NCBI RefSeq assembly: GCF_009914755.1
Contig: NC_060947.1
Length of the DNA stretch: 64,000 nucleotides
Direction: 5' to 3' (one strand)
DNA from: the human T2T-CHM13v2.0 reference genome, Homo sapiens
This document shows positions 1 to 21,720 of the stretch, piece after piece. The position numbers were made by a program, and so were the translations under genes. Every line of letters starts with the position of its first letter. The first letter of the stretch is position 1. The notes under the pieces were generated by a model that was not told the DNA's origin, did no database searches, and saw only the letters and a program-made list of their open reading frames with translations.

Positions 1-1569
1 CCTGAATTATTTAATGCGAGATTATCATAGAAACATTGACAGAAGATTGAAATGTCACAAAAAGCACCACCATTATCTAATGAGGTCTTCACACCTAGAG
101 GCAAAAGAAGTAACAATTAAAGTTACACATTCTCAAAATGATCTGTCACTCCCACAGGTTCAATTTTCCAATGTAGTATAAAATGCCTGTGATAAACATA
201 TCTGTCACATGTCAATTAAAGAAAAAGAAGGATAAAACTCCTCCAATAATGTCCTGGAAAAAAAGTGCCATGTTTTTATATTTTAGCATTACTAAAGTTC
301 ATGTTTCACTTCAAAACTGCCAGGAAAATAATGAAAAGTGCTGTGTGAAAAATGTAGTCTTTAAATTAAGTTTCTCACTGATGTGTTAATGAACTTGAAA
401 AATTCAAAGTACAATATAAAAGGCACAAGGCAAGTTACACATAGGGCAAGACATTTTTAATAACATACTTCAATAAAAAGTAGATATTACTTTTTAAATA
501 TTTGCATTACTGAAATTTTTACAAAGATATGTTCAATCAGCAGCAAATCTGCCTTTTCTGTCTTCCATATCCTTGGGATTTAGAAAAATTTATCCAGAGT
601 CTAAATGGAGCTTTTAAAAAAGTCAATATAAACAGATTTTTCTTGAATGAATAGAAATCTCATGCTGGTTTTCCTTGCTTTGGGTAATGAATATGCAACT
701 AAAAGTGTAGTAGCTTATCTTTTTTATTTTGCACTTTAAAAAAACGAAGAAAAAGTATGTAATAAGTTTTTTTGTGTGTGTAAAGCATAAAACATCGGGC
801 TACTTTTTTTCTAATCAGTTCAGATTTTCATATCAAACAATATCCCTGTTAACCAGTAGGACATGTTTCATGGATAGAATTTTGCCAGAAACTTTATTGT
901 TAAAATTGAAATAATATAGGGAGTACAGAGATTCATAGCATACTTTCTGTACTGGATGCAAACATAGGCATTACATTTTCAAAAATTAATTATTCAATTA
1001 AGAACATATTTCTACCTAACAAACTGCTTCAATACAATTTTTTTCTAACTAAGAGTCTCCTTTTGCTCTATTCTTAATTAAGAAAGCAAAATTCTCTTCT
1101 CCTGATAATGCTTTTTATGTGGCAGCTATTTGCTAGCTGTTACTGGACATTTAAATCCTTTTCTTCTTATCTTAAGCTTCTTTACTTCTTTACTGCTTTA
1201 CAGGTTGTTGATACCATAATGGTAAAGTTTCTACAAGGTGCTAACTCAGCAGGAAAACTTCAAAAACTATTTTAAAATATGTTAAACACTGGTAAAGTGG
1301 GGAGGGAAGGTTCATCTAAAATGAAGCAGATTAAAGCAGTCAGAACTTGCAACAGTGGAAATTAATTAGTTTCAGATTTAAGGAAAACTTCTATAAGAAA
1401 GTGTAAAAGAGCTTGAAATAGAAACTGAGTGAAAGTGACCTACATTTCCATACATAAATCAAGTTGCATTCAGATATTGCTTCTGAGAAATTCACATAAT
1501 TACCAACTATTAATCTGGAATTAGGCTTTGGTCACATACATAAAATATGATTATGAGTCGCAATAGTCC

Positions 1570-1920
1570 CACCACAAGATAGACCACATCTGCAGTATGA
1601 CATGCAATTCTCGGCACCATATTTTAAAAACAGGTATTTCCAGAGGCAGGCAACAAACACTGTGAGGTAGCTGGGCACCCCACAATGTTTAAGCTGAGGA
1701 AAAGAAACTTAGGATACACTTGATATCCGTTTTCCAGTAACTCAACTACCATATAGGAAAAGGAATGTACTGACTCTGTGAAGCTCTAGAGGATGAATCC
1801 AAAATAAATGTCAGCTCAGTGTGAGAAACATCCTTTAAACATCAAAAGTATAAACCAACGAACAGACTGCTCTCTGAAATAACCAGTAATTCAACAGTGG
1901 CCGTGACTAGCAGAGACTGA
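1570..1920. mobile_element. Probable ancient CR1/L3-type LINE fragment
   Basis: Degenerate resemblance to L3 3' region (caattctcggcaccatattttaa...ttccagagg); recognised by eye only. Confidence 0.3.
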
Positions 1921-3084
1921 AAGCCAATGCATCAGAGATGCAATGATTCAGTAAGAGTAATATCACTTGATTGCTGTTTTGAAAAAGGAAAGTTTATAGG
2001 ACTACCTACAGGATTGCTATGAAAAGGCCCAAATAATCCCATATGGTTTATTAAATTATAGAAATTTTGCAATCCCTTCCCAGTGTCAAAATAAAAATGC
2101 ACTTTATGAGGAGGGTGATTCTGGGAAGATGATGGTGCAGGAAGCAGCAGCAATCTGTCTCCACCTACACAATTGCACTGGCAGAATCTAATGTAACTAT
2201 TTTGAAACTGTAGAGTCTATCATAGGATTGCAACTTGAAAGGAAGGCTTGGATGCTAAACTGTGGGTAATTTTGGTCAATTTCAGCTCTTTACAGAGTGG
2301 TTTAGCTACATATCCCCTGCCTCCAACCCCATGGGAGGCGGCTGTGCACATGTTCCTGAAACAACCTGTCTTGTAGGAACCTGGATGTGGAAAAAGGACC
2401 CTGTCCTCCACATATCATGGATCTGGGCTCTGACCGCTGATTGCTGCTTTTGATCAAATAGGTACAAAGAGGAGAGGAGCCATTGTTGCCCTTTCCCCAT
2501 TGTTGCAAGCCCCTCCCTCTCTGGCTGAAGTGACTTCCAGAGTATTTAAAGGGCCAGTAATCTTTTTTGACTCCCTTCATTTTAATCTTTTTTCCCTTTT
2601 GGGAGGCAGACAATAAAACATTGCATATGCAGGGAAAATTAGAAAGTGACTGTGCATGTTCAGGGAAAGAGTGAGACTCAGAATAGATCTAAGAAGACCT
2701 GAAATTTACACATCAAGCTGATCCTTGACACCAACACAGCCTACAATGATTAAAAAGACAATAAAAACAATAACAAAAACAGAAAACTCAAGGGAGGGAG
2801 ACAATATGATTTCCAGAGTTACTATATTATTATATTCAAATGTCCAGTTTTCAGCAAACAATCACAAGGCATACAAAGAAGCAGAAAAGTATGGCCCTTT
2901 CAGAGGAAAAAATCAATCAATCAACAAAAACTGTCCCTGAAAAAGACCTGATGACAGATTTACTAGACAAACACTTTAAAACAACTATCCTAAAGATGTT
3001 CAGAGAACTAAAATAAGGTGTGAAGAAATTCAAGGAAATTATGTATGAACAAAACGGAAATGTCAATAAAGAGATAGAAAACCT

Positions 3085-3949
3085 TCCAATTTCATCCATG
3101 TCCCTACAAAGGACATGAACTCATCATTTTTTATGGCTGCATAGTATTCCATGGTGTGTATGTGCCACATTTTCTTAATCCAGTCTATCATTGTTGGACA
3201 TTTGGGTTGGTTCCAAGTCTTTGCTATTGTGAATAGTGCTGCAATAAACATACTTGTGCATGTGTCTTTATAGCAGCATGATTTATAGTCCTTTGGGTAT
3301 ATACCCAGTAATGGGATGGCTGGGTCAAATGGTATTTCTAGTTCCAGATCCCTGAGGAATCGCCACACTGACTTCCACAATGGTTGAACTAGTTTACAGT
3401 CCCACCAACAGTGTAAAAGTGTTCCTATTTCTCCACATCCTCTCCAGCACCTGTTGTTTCCTGACTTTTTAATGATCACCATTCTAACTGGTGTGAGATG
3501 GTATCTCATTGTGGTTTTGATTTGCATTTCTCTGATGGCCAGTGATGGTGAGCATTTTTTCATGTGTTTTTTGGCTGCATAAATGTCTTCTTTTGAGAAG
3601 TGTCTGTTCATGTCCTTCACCCACTTTTTGATGGGGTTGTTTGTTTTTTTCTTGTAAATTTGTCATTCTCAGTAAACTATCACAAGAACAAAAAACCAAA
3701 CACCGCATATTCTCACTCATAGGTGGGAATTGAACAATGAGAACACATGGACACAGGAAGGGGAACATCACACTCTGGGGACTGTTGTGGGGTGGGGGGG
3801 AGGGGGGAGGGATAGCATTGGGAGATATACCTAATGCTAGATGATGAGTTAGTGGGTGCAGCACACCAGCATGGCACATGTATACATATGTAACTAACCT
3901 GCACATTGTGCACATGTACCCTAAAACTTAAAGTATTAAAAAAAAAAAG
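3085..3949 (+). mobile_element. Young L1PA2/L1PA3-like 5'-truncated, 5'-inverted LINE-1 insertion
   Basis: 3085-3663 is inverted ORF2 C-terminus (ORF 3063-3620: [26 protein letters not shown]); 3663-3949 is sense 3' UTR plus poly(A); TSD AGAAAACCT at 3076-3084 and 3950-3958; GAG rather than ACA/ACG at the L1HS diagnostic site. Confidence 0.93.
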
Positions 3950-4317
3950 AGAAAACCTAAAAAGAAGTCAAAAAGGAATTCTGGAGCTGAAAAATGCATT
4001 ACTGAAATGAAAAATTTGCTAGATGAATTCAAAGATGGTATTCAGCAGGCAGAAAAAAAGATTCAGCACACTTGATGATAGGACAATAAAAATTATAAAG
4101 ACTGAGGAACTGAAAGAAAAAAGATTGAAGAAAAGTGAACAGAGTCTAAGGAACCAGTGGGATACCATCAAGCAGACCAACTTATCATAGGAATCTCAGA
4201 AGAAGAGAGAGAGAAATGGGAAAAGATAGTATTTGAAGATATAATGGTGGAAAACTTCCCAAATATGATGAAAGACATACAGATAAACATCCAAGAAGCT
4301 CAAAAAACTCCAAGTAA

Positions 4318-4610
<293 letters not shown>

Positions 4611-4989
4611 AAAAAACTCCAAGTAAAATGACTCGAAGAGACTTGCACTGAGACATATTATAATCAAACTTTTGAAAGACAGAGAAAAATTTGAAAGTAG
4701 CCCATGAAAAAAGTAATTCATCATATACAAGGGATCCTTAATAAAATTATTAGCAGATTTTCATCAGAAACTTTGGAGTCCAGAAGGCAATTAGTTGATA
4801 TAATCAAATTACTAAAAGCAAAGCAAAACAAAACAAAAAATTGTCAGCAAAGAATCCTACACGAGGCAAAACTGTCTTTGAAGAGCGAGGGAAAAATTAA
4901 GGCATTCCCAGATAAAAAATGAGCAAGTTTGCTACCACTAGACCTGTCCTGAAAGTAATGCTTGAGAGGGAGTCCTACAGGGTGAAATG

Positions 4990-5021
<32 letters not shown>

Positions 5022-7598
5022 AAACCACGAAAGAGTAGCTCAAAGATGTATAAACAAAGATCTCAATAAAGTAAAATACATGAGCAACTATAAAAGCTAG
5101 TGTTGTTATAACAGTGGTTTGTCACTTCACCTTTTGTTTTCTACATGATTTAAGAGATTATACATTAAAAACAATTAGTTGAAAAGTTAAAATCATTGTA
5201 ACTTTGGTTTGTAACTTCACAATTTATTTTCTATATAATTTAATGAAACAATGCATTTAAATTAATTATTAGTTCATGTTTGGGGAGCACACATGTATAG
5301 ATATATAATTCTTAACTTCAACTACTGAAAGAGGTGGAGACAGAACTGTAAAGAAGCAGAGTTTTTGTATGTTGTTGAAATTAAGGTAGCATAAATTAAA
5401 ATTAGTCTGTTACAACTCTAGGATGTTAAGTGAAAGCCCCATGGTAATCACAAATAAAAATACCTATATAATGTACACAAAAGGAAATGAGAAAGATATT
5501 TAAATACTGCAAAAACTCAACTAAACACAAAAGAGGACAGTAATGCAAAAAATCAGGAACAGTAAAGCTAGAAAGCATGTAGAAAAAAATAGGAAAAGGT
5601 CAAAAGCAACTACATTCTTATCAGTAGTTACTTTAAGTGTAAATGAATTAAACTCTCCAATCAAAAGACAGAGATGGCAGAATGGACAAAAAATCAAAAA
5701 TCATAATCCAACTATATATGATCTATAAGAGATTCACTTTAGATCCAAAGACACAAATAGACTCAAATCGTGAAAATTTCACAACTTCAGTTGTGAAAGA
5801 ATGGAAAAATGTAGTCCATAAAAACAATAATCAAGAGAAAGCAGGGTTACTATATTAATATCATACCAAGTAGGTTTTAAATTTAAAAAGCTTACAACAG
5901 ACAAAGAAGAATATTATGTATTAATAAAAGGTTCAATACAGCAAGAAGGTATAGCAATTATAAACATTTACACACCTAATAAAAGACCATCAAAATATAT
6001 AAACTAATAAAATGACAGAATTGAAAAAAGAAATAGTTCTACAGTAATGGTTGGAAATTTGAATAACTTACTCTCAATAATGAATAAATCAATTAAAAAT
6101 GAGTAAGGAAACAGAGGACTTAAAAAGCACAATAACTCAACTAGATCTCGTAAACATTTACAGAATGCTCTACCCAACTGCAGACAACTGCTGTGGAAAA
6201 CAGTATGACAATTCCCCAATGATTTAAAAAAATTACCATATGATCTAGCAATTCCACTTCTGGGTATATACCCAAAAGAATTGAAAGCAGAGTCTGAAAG
6301 TGATATCTGTACCCTCAGGTTTATAGCAGCCTTGTTCACAAAAGCTAAAACATGAAAGCGACCTAAGCATCCATCATCAGATAAATGGATAAGCAAATGT
6401 TGGGTATATATAAAATGGAATATTGCATAGCCTGAAAAGGGAAGGAAATTCTAACATATACCACAACATGGATGAATCTTGAGGACATTACGCTACAGGA
6501 AACAAGCCAATCACAAAAAGATAAATATTATATAATTCCACATATATGAGGTAGTAGGGTAGCCAAAATCATAAAGACGGAAAGCAGAATGGTGGTTGCC
6601 AGAGGCTAGGAGGAGGCGGGGATAGGAAGTTACTGTTTAATGGGTAAGGATTTCAGTTTTACAAGATGAAAAAAGTTATGGAGATGAATATTGGGGATGG
6701 TTGCATAACGTTATGAATGTATTAATATTTAATACCATTGGAATGTACACTTAAAAATGGGTAAGATGGTGAATTTTCCTTTATGTGTATTTTACCACAT
6801 AAAAATGGAAAACAAATGTATTTCATGAAAGTGAGCATAAGTAGCTTGCAAAATTACTACATGACATGAATCACTTGGCAATTTGATCATTATTCTTACT
6901 TGGTAAAATTTGACTTTTACAGATTAATTTCTTTTTGAGCCATTGGTCAACAGATGAATGACATTTAATTACATTAAGCTTAGATTTAAACATTGACTTC
7001 TGAAGTGAAGAATGTACTCATCTGCATAGACTTAAGAAACTTTAATTTTCTGTCTTCAAATATCCCAAAAATGTTTTTAATTTAGTAATTTTTGACAAGT
7101 TCTTTCAGGAAAATCCAGTGCTCAGTTTGCTGGAGACTGAGTAGTCTTCAGTTATTCATGGATAAAACCAGAGCCAAGTACTGCCTGGGAGAATTTAGCC
7201 TGATTTACAGCTTTATGTCTATCATTATTGCTACAATTCAGTCAATTTATTCTTTAAGGTGACCATTTTAAAGAGGTAAATATTAACATGAAACTGAAAG
7301 AAAGCCAAGGAATCATATGAATCCCAGAGGACATGAAGCTCAGCCCCCTCCAACTCTTAGACAAATTCTACTTGATCAATAATAATGTTAATGAACATAT
7401 TTAACCCCAACTATGTTCTAGATCTTTGCAGACGCTGAAGATACAAAAATAACCATTGACATCACTATGCACCCATGCAGCTCAGTGTAGTGAGAAAGAC
7501 AAGTGATGATAGCAATGTTATGCAGTATGTTCTACAACAGAGGCAGTTACCAAGGGACTGTATGAGCATAGAAAACAAGAGTGAAGAAAGGTGTTACA

Positions 7599-7996
<398 letters not shown>

Positions 7997-8172
7997 TTAG
8001 GTACACAGAAAGAGAAGACAGTTTCAGACAGAAGAAACAGGTTACAAACAATCACAACACGTGAAAGAACATGAGTTGTTTTTACAGTGTAAGTGAATTT
8101 GGAGAGTACATATGGAGAAGCAGTAGATGAGGCAAGAGATATAGTCAAAGGTCAGATCAATAAGAGATTTTT

Positions 8173-8920
8173 TCAAGCAATAGGGAAAGGATTCCCGATT
8201 AAATAAACAGTGCTGGGATAACTGGCTAGCCATATGCAGAAGTTTGAAACTGGAGCCTTAGCTTATACCATAAACAAAAATCAACTCAAGATGGATTAAA
8301 GACTTAAATGTAGAACCTAAAACTATAAAAACCCTGGAAGACAACCTAGGCAATACCATTCTGGACATAGGAACGGGCACAGATTTCATGACAAAGATGC
8401 CAAAAGCAGTTGCAACAAAAGCAAAAATGGACGAATGAGGTCTAATTAAACTAAAGAGCTTCTGCACAGCAAAGGAAACTATCAACAGAGTCAACAGACA
8501 ACCTACAGAATGGGAGAAAATATTTGCAAACTATGCATCTGACATAGGTCTAATATCCAGCATCTACAAGGAACTTAAATTTACACAGAAAAACAAACAG
8601 CCTCATTACAACAAGTTACAACAAATTTACAACAGAAAATCAAATACCAGCATGTTCTCACTTAAAGTGGGAGCTAAATGATGAGAACACGTGGGCACAT
8701 AGAGGGAAACAACACACACTGGGGCCTATCACAGGGTGGAGGGTGGGATGAGGGAGAGGATCAGGAAAAATAACTAATGAGTAATAGGATTAATACCTGG
8801 GTGATGAAATAATATGTACAACAAACCCCATGACACAAGTTTACCTATATAACAAACCTGCACATTTACCCCTGAACTTATTTAAATGTTAAATTAAATA
8901 AATAAAAGACTTCAAAAAAA
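8173..8920 (+). mobile_element. L1PA-type 3' fragment (ORF2 C-terminal part and 3' UTR, internally deleted)
   Basis: Typical L1 segments (ggattaaagacttaaatgtag, aactaaagagcttctgcacagc, aacaaacctgcacatttacccctgaac) and A-rich end. Confidence 0.85.
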
Positions 8921-8981
8921 AGATTTTTAAAAAACTCATAATTAGGATTTTAAACTTTACCCTACACATGTAAGTGGGACC

Positions 8982-9357
8982 TTGACTTAATCTGTTTTGT
9001 GCTGCTGTAACAGAATATCTGACACTGGGTAATTTCTAATGAACAAAAACTTATTTGGCTTACAATTCTAGAGGCTAGGAAGTCCAAGACTGAGGGGCTG
9101 CCTCTGATGACAGCCTTCTTGTTGGTCATAATATGGTAGAAAACATCATATAGGCAAGAGAGGGCCAAACTCACTTTTATAACAAACCCAATCTCTCCAA
9201 AACAAACTCACTTCAACAGTAATGACATTCATCCATTTATGAAGGCCGAGTACTCATGATCTAATCACCTCTTAAAGGTCTCATGTCTCAATACTGTTGC
9301 ATTGGAGATTAAGTTTCCAGCACATGTACTTTGGGAAACACATTCAAAACTTAACCG
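8982..9357 (+). mobile_element. MST-family (ERVL-MaLR) solo LTR
   Basis: MST-like start (cttaatctgttttgtgctgctgtaacagaatatctgacactgggtaattt) and end (cacattcaaa). Confidence 0.75.
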
Positions 9358-9398
9358 ACACACAGTCAGATTTTAAGCAGTAACCATTTGAAAGGTCA

Positions 9399-9939
<541 letters not shown>

Positions 9940-10709
9940 TTAGGCAATTGAGTAGGTGGAAGAAGCATCAACTAAAGATGAACAACCAATTTGAGAATAT
10001 TATACATAATTTTGCTTTTGAAATACTTTTTGTGGTTTTGAGGTACCTGTAAAACATGCATATATTTTAGTAGAAGTGTTCAGTAGGAAGTTGGAATTAT
10101 AGACCTAGAGTTTAACATTCCTTCCTCAAAGTGGCTTTTTAATTACCTGGCATTGGTATCTTCAAATAGCTGTACAGTTTAATGCATTTGCTGTCCTGAA
10201 ATACATCTCCTACTTCTGATGATGACATACTACAATTAAGCAAGATATTTATTATAATAAAATGTGCGTAGAATTACAGTGCTTAAAAAAACTTTAGAAA
10301 TTATCATAATCTTCTTTTTGTTTTGAATTGAAAATTTCACCTAATGCATTCCCAGAAACACAATTGCTTTCATTAAAATCTCTGGGATAGATGACGAACA
10401 ACTCCCTTGAGAACATGTCCTAGCATCTCCCTAAACTGATAGGAAGGTTTGGCTAACCTCAGCCTATATCTTTCATGCTGTAAGTGTAGTTCCTTCTTTC
10501 TGACCTTATCTTAGTGGAAATTGAGAACTGCTGTCTAATGCTAATGGAAAAATTAGCAAATTTAAAGTTGTTGAATGTAGAGTTTAGATATTAACTGAAT
10601 TATGAGCTTGGAAATATTTATGAATTTAAAGCAGGAAAATATAAACTAGATTCATCATTATATTTCTGCAATTGCATGGAAGTGTGATAAAAGAGTTTAA
10701 AGAATTTTT

Positions 10710-11015
<306 letters not shown>

Positions 11016-12039
11016 TCAACAATTTATGTCTCAAAGCACTGTCATAGAATTTATATTCTACGAATCACAAAGTGGTTAAGCATAATATTTTTGGACAAAC
11101 TATCTGAAAGTAATTTGTACACATACAGATCTTATATATAATGTGTTGCCATAAAAAATGAAAATAAATCACTATTTACATTCCTCATTGCTCTATTAGC
11201 CAACCACAGTCTTTAGAATCTACAGTATTGTATTCATCTATAAAATGTATTTATGCTAGTTTATGTGCATTCTAAATAAAATATTAATAAGTTATAATCA
11301 TTTTACACAATTCCAAAGGGTAAATATGATAGATTTTTGCAGTCCTGAAAGCCATCTCTACTTGTGCTTACTTATCCTAACATCCACTAATTTCAAGGAT
11401 GGGTAATAAAGGAAGATAGCAATGAAGAAGAAAAATAATTTCTTGACTTTGATGTCATTTATTCCCTCTTGCTGACCCTGACTAATTGAGTTTGAGTAAA
11501 AATATTTCCCATCTTCTAAACCTATCCAGCAGTGTTTTTTCCTAAGAAAATACAGCACTACGGTCATTGTTCACTAAAGTTGGCCACTTCCAACCTCTTA
11601 CCTACTTAAAAAGTCCAAAGGGAATATACAAGGAACGTAAATCTTATGGCTGACCCATTTCAAACGTTGTAGTATTGTTTATTTTTAAATTTTAGTGATG
11701 TTTATGGTGTTGCAAATAGGCCATACAGTAGTGAATGAAGGAAAAATGTTTCTTTTGAAAATGCCCCATCAAACAAAAGGCCACATGGAAGACAAATACA
11801 TATACTACAAATATAAAAAATATTACATGGATGAACTTATTTGCTATATAAACTTATTATCTCCTAAGTATGTGGGATATGGGAAGTAGAGGGGCACATA
11901 AACAAAGCCAAAACAACAACAACAAAGAAACACATGACCATGGCAAATACCTCTAGATTATTACATGACTTTACTGAATGTCCTCTATCAAGTAAATTGC
12001 TTAAATGTATCTAAGAATGCCAATACTGGAGTATGATAC

Positions 12040-12215
12040 TTGAGTATGATAGACCTGGGTTTATAATCCAACGTACTGCCTTGGTGATCTTAGTTGGGTC
12101 ACAAACTCTAATCTTTGGTTTCCTCATCCATAAAAGGAGAATACCAATGTCTACCTTGTAGAGTCATGTGATATCTAAATGTTATAATGCATGCAAAATG
12201 CCTAGCACATAATAC
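12040..12215. mobile_element. MIR fragment
   Basis: MIR core-like text (agacctgggtttataatcc...tttcctcatccataaaaggag...gcctagcacata). Confidence 0.6.
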
Positions 12216-12503
12216 TAAATTATTATAATAATTATTATAGCTTCATTGTATTTCATAAAGCCTACAGTCTCCTAAGTGGCTTAGTTTTGTTGCTTATTTG
12301 GTACTACATTTTCCACTGTTCCTTTCTGACTGCAGTATTCTTGAGTACATGATCACACATCTGAAGTACTCCCACACCAACCCATATACAAATATCTCAC
12401 TACTAATGCAATGTTTTAGTAGCACATCCATGTGCATCTGCCAATATTCTTTCCTTCAGAGAATCTTCTGCATGTCAACTAAGAAAAAGACTTTTGAATT
12501 CTA

Positions 12504-12825
<322 letters not shown>

Positions 12826-13607
12826 GGAGAGAGCAAACTACCATAGCTCACAACATGTACTATTATGAAAGGAGTAATGACTAACAGCATCTTTGAACCC
12901 CTTTTCAAACTGCCCTTAAAATCTGTGACACGTTAAAGATTGGCATCTTAAGTCTACTGCTTCTGTTCTACCTACCAAGCTGTTATGATGAAATTAGCTC
13001 AGCGTTATTCCAGAGGAAACAGAGATGACAACAGATAGGGTAGGACTATATACAGCTATTGATTAAAGCAACAGATCATCAAAAACTATATTTGACAGAG
13101 CATTAAAGCTACTGAATATGCCAAATTCCTATTCATTATCCAATACACATTATATTTCTATGCACCAAAGGATAAGTTCTGCAATAATTAAATATTCTTA
13201 AAGGTTGAACTAAATTTTAATCTAGAACCTTAATCTGTCTCTCTAGGTTTGATAGTTAATTTAAGAAATATGATGTTGTTAATTATTGCTCAATATTTTA
13301 AGATGACCATGAGTAAAACAAAGAGGTAACTATTACTAAAATAAGCTGTTATCTTTATGAAAGCTTCTAAAATTCATGTCTCCTATAAGATGTATTACAT
13401 TTTAGTTGTTTATCTTGAATTTTTAATTTAGTTCAAATTTAAAGTTAAATTAAATTTTTCAGCTTTATTGAGGTACAATTAGCAAATAAAAACCATATAT
13501 ATTCAAGGGGTACAACATGATATTTTGATATATGCATACATTGTGAAATGATTGCCACAAAGTAATTAATATAAGTTGCATTTTAAAATTTAGAAACCAA
13601 AATTGGA

Positions 13608-13910
13608 GGCCGGGCGCAGTGGCTCACACTTATAATCCTAGTACTTTGGGAGGCCAAAGCAGGCAGATCACCTGAGGTCAGGAGTTCAAAACCAGCCTAG
13701 CCAACATAGTGAAACCCGGTCTCTACTAAAAATACAAAAATTAGCCAGGCGTGGTGGCACGTGCCTATAATCCCAGCTACTCAGGAGGCTGAGGCAGGAG
13801 AATCACTGGAACCTGGGAGGCGGTGGCTGCAGTGAGCTGAGATCATGCCACTGCATTACAGCCTGGGTGACAGAGTAAGACTCCGTCTCAAAAAAAAAAA
13901 AAAAAAAAAA
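13608..13910 (+). mobile_element. AluS element
   Basis: Alu dimer, TSD agaaac(c/g)aaaattgga. Confidence 0.92.
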
Positions 13911-14051
13911 GAAACGAAAATTGGATGGTGGTGATAGTTGTACAACTCTGCAAATATGTTAAAAACCACTGAATTATACACTTTAAAGGGGGTGGATTTT
14001 ATGATTTGTGAATAATATTTCAATAAAGCTGAAACTGAAAACTAAAGGCCT

Positions 14052-14666
<615 letters not shown>

Positions 14667-16074
14667 ATGGAAGTCAGCTTTGAGAGTCATAGAAAAAAAT
14701 CTCATTTGAGTACCCTGAGAGAAAAAATTTGTCACCTGTGTTTTGTAAATTTAAAGATATAGGATAATTTCAACAAATCTTTCAAGCATATTAAATATAT
14801 TTTCCACACTGACATTCATCTTAAGTAAAATCTAGCTGAATTACAAATGATCTAGGTCTAATTGTTAGTATCTAACAAATTATATAAAACAAAAACACCA
14901 GCTGTTTCGCCTGGCCTTACTTTTCTGTCATCATTTGGAAGGCATGGGGATTGCAGAGGAGAGGAGAAATAGGAGGAAATGACCAACTATAATGAGTCAA
15001 AGTTTTATTAACAAAGAATCAATTAACATTGCCCAAGATGGTCTACAGAGCTTTTATTGCTTATCTTCTTCTTTCTAAGTTCAAATCTGAAGCTAGAAAA
15101 AACAAACAAACAAACACAATATGCATAAATCACTTTCAAAGGACAATGTAGAAGTAGGGGCCATTAAGTTTAAGAGTAGAGGCCATAAAGTCTAAAAAAG
15201 AAAGTAGGGAATGATAAATTGAAGACCACATCAAGAGAAGCCATTTCAAATTTAAATTGCAATTTACACATCCTGGAATCAATCTAAAATTAAGGATATA
15301 TTAACAGTCCTACATTTTCTAACTTGAAAATATGGCAAAAGTATTGAAGTTTTCTACGCCTTCTTAGAAGTGTTTAAATGCAATTAGCATTATGTAGATA
15401 TGGAAATTCAGCCTTTTCTTCTCTTAAATTACTAGAGTGAATCATCTGAAGTTTCTTATGCTTAACATGTGGTTGATTTACCTTCAAATCTGATTAGCTT
15501 TTGACTTCTGGCCTGGTTACTAGATAGAGGATTTATCATGGGAGATATCAAGAATACCAAGTTTTTAGAGTCTTTGTTGGGAAAACTTCCGTATACATGT
15601 TCTATAATTATTTTCTGGTAAATATTCTGTAGCTGAGAACTCTCACTAAGTCTTATAGGTGTTATCCATGTTAAGGAAAACAAGAAACTTAATGAATTTC
15701 AAATTCATCTAAGAAAGGCCCTAATTAAATTCAGTCCTCCCACTGTGCCAGAATTTATTAGCCTCTTTGAATAAAAACATAATGGAAGCTTAAGTTGTCA
15801 TCCGGGTTGACTGCAATGTATTAAAAGTACTTTTTTCCAATAGGGTCCAATATTACATTTTGGAAAAGTAATTGTACGTTTTATGCACTAGTGGTTGGAA
15901 CACAAATGAGAAATTGTTGCTGTTACTCATGTAATGTTGATTTCAAAAGATAGAGGGACCTATAACTCTATAAATAGCTGTAGATGAAGAGTAAACAAGA
16001 CACTTACACATCAATTAATAGACTCTGCTCAAGAGAAAGTTGTCAAGTCTAATAGCCCCAACTTGAAAGTTAAA

Positions 16075-20277
<4,203 letters not shown>

Positions 20278-21539
20278 TTTTTTAAAAAATAAAATGTCAT
20301 AAAACTTTCTTTTATTAAATGATGAGAGGACTCTAGTAAATATTTTTTATTACCAAGAATTATTGCACTTCTGAAATATTTCACAATTCAATTCCTAGTT
20401 TAGCAAGAAACATTACGAAGCCAGGAAAGCTAAGGTCTACACTAGTAGTCATCAGTACAATTGTCAGAAAACATAAGGAAAAGTTATTTGATAATGTAGT
20501 ATTCTTAATTTTAATAACTTTTAAAATTCATGGTTCTTTAAAAAAGTAATGGGTTGCATTTCATCTACAACGGGTTGGTCTACTTTGATTTGCATTTTAA
20601 TCTGGTATCTGATCAAACTGTCTCTGTAGTCATCATTTTTTGTACCACATGGTGTATATTTTAGCTTTCTTAGATAAGCAGTCAGAGTTTAGATTGCAGC
20701 AAAGTAAGAAGTCACGCACTTAAAAAATCTTAAGGATAGAGATGATTGAATTGCGGCACACTATCTGCAATAACATAGAGGTCACTTTTTCAGACAAAAT
20801 GCCTCTTTAATAAATCCAATATCGTACTTTAAGCCTCTTTTCTGTTCTAAATGCAGCCAACAGATGAACCGACATATTCAAGATCAAAACCATAGGTTAA
20901 TTTGTGTACTAATTTGGAATTTGGTCGCTAAATCACCTGGTGTTCATTTCTTCCTAGAGCAAAGCTTTCTTAAATAAATTTATTGATCAGCTTTGTGAAA
21001 GATTATATACATATTATTGGTTCTTCTACAAATTTCCAAACCATATGCACCAACATAATTTTTTGAACCTTCAAATTTAAAAGATTTCTAGCCATGGTTA
21101 CACTGTGAAGTTATAAATAATACAGATTACACAGCATGTAATTGAATGCTGAGTTCAGAAGTTCTAACTTAGATCATTAATCCTTCCATTCTTCTGGAAG
21201 AGAGTGAGGGAGACTATACTCATTCTACTTTTACTATATTAATACAGTTAATAGCCAGATTGGTGACATGTACTTCCATGGAAATACTATTTTTCTCGCT
21301 TCAGTTTTTGAAATATTGCCTTAAATATTATCTTTGTTGTGCACAAGCTTCCAGGCAAACTTACATTTTGAGTTTCTACTAGAGCAGACACATAAGAGGA
21401 TAGAACAAATGGAAGAAAACTCTCACCTACTCCAGGGTAAATTGTCACTGTCAAGAATGACATAAGCAAGACACTGGTTTTTGTTTTGGTTGTTCCTCCA
21501 GAGGGTTTTAAGGTCATGTGCTTTCACTTGATTCAACAA

Positions 21540-21720
21540 AATATTCGGATCATAAAATGTTAATCACCAGACACAATTCTCAATGACATAGACTTTTGCC
21601 AAAAATTGAAAACAATGTGGCATATTCTGAAGGCAATTTCAAAAGAGATGTTAAGAAATATTTTGACGAATCATAGCGTCACTGAAATGTCTAGTCTTTG
21701 AAAGGCAAACCATTTTTAGA
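21540..21720 (+). mobile_element. Possible MARNA/mariner-type DNA transposon remnant
   Basis: ctgaaggcaatttcaaaagagatgttaagaaatattttgacgaatcatagcgtcactgaaat resembles the mariner-family 3' region; by eye only. Confidence 0.35.

Noticed and set aside
3063-3620. 185-aa ORF, the longest in the window
   Set aside because: It is the inverted L1 ORF2p C-terminus, not a host gene
10412-10431. p53-like half-site GAACATGTCC
   Set aside because: The adjacent decamer lacks the invariant core G; single half-sites are common by chance
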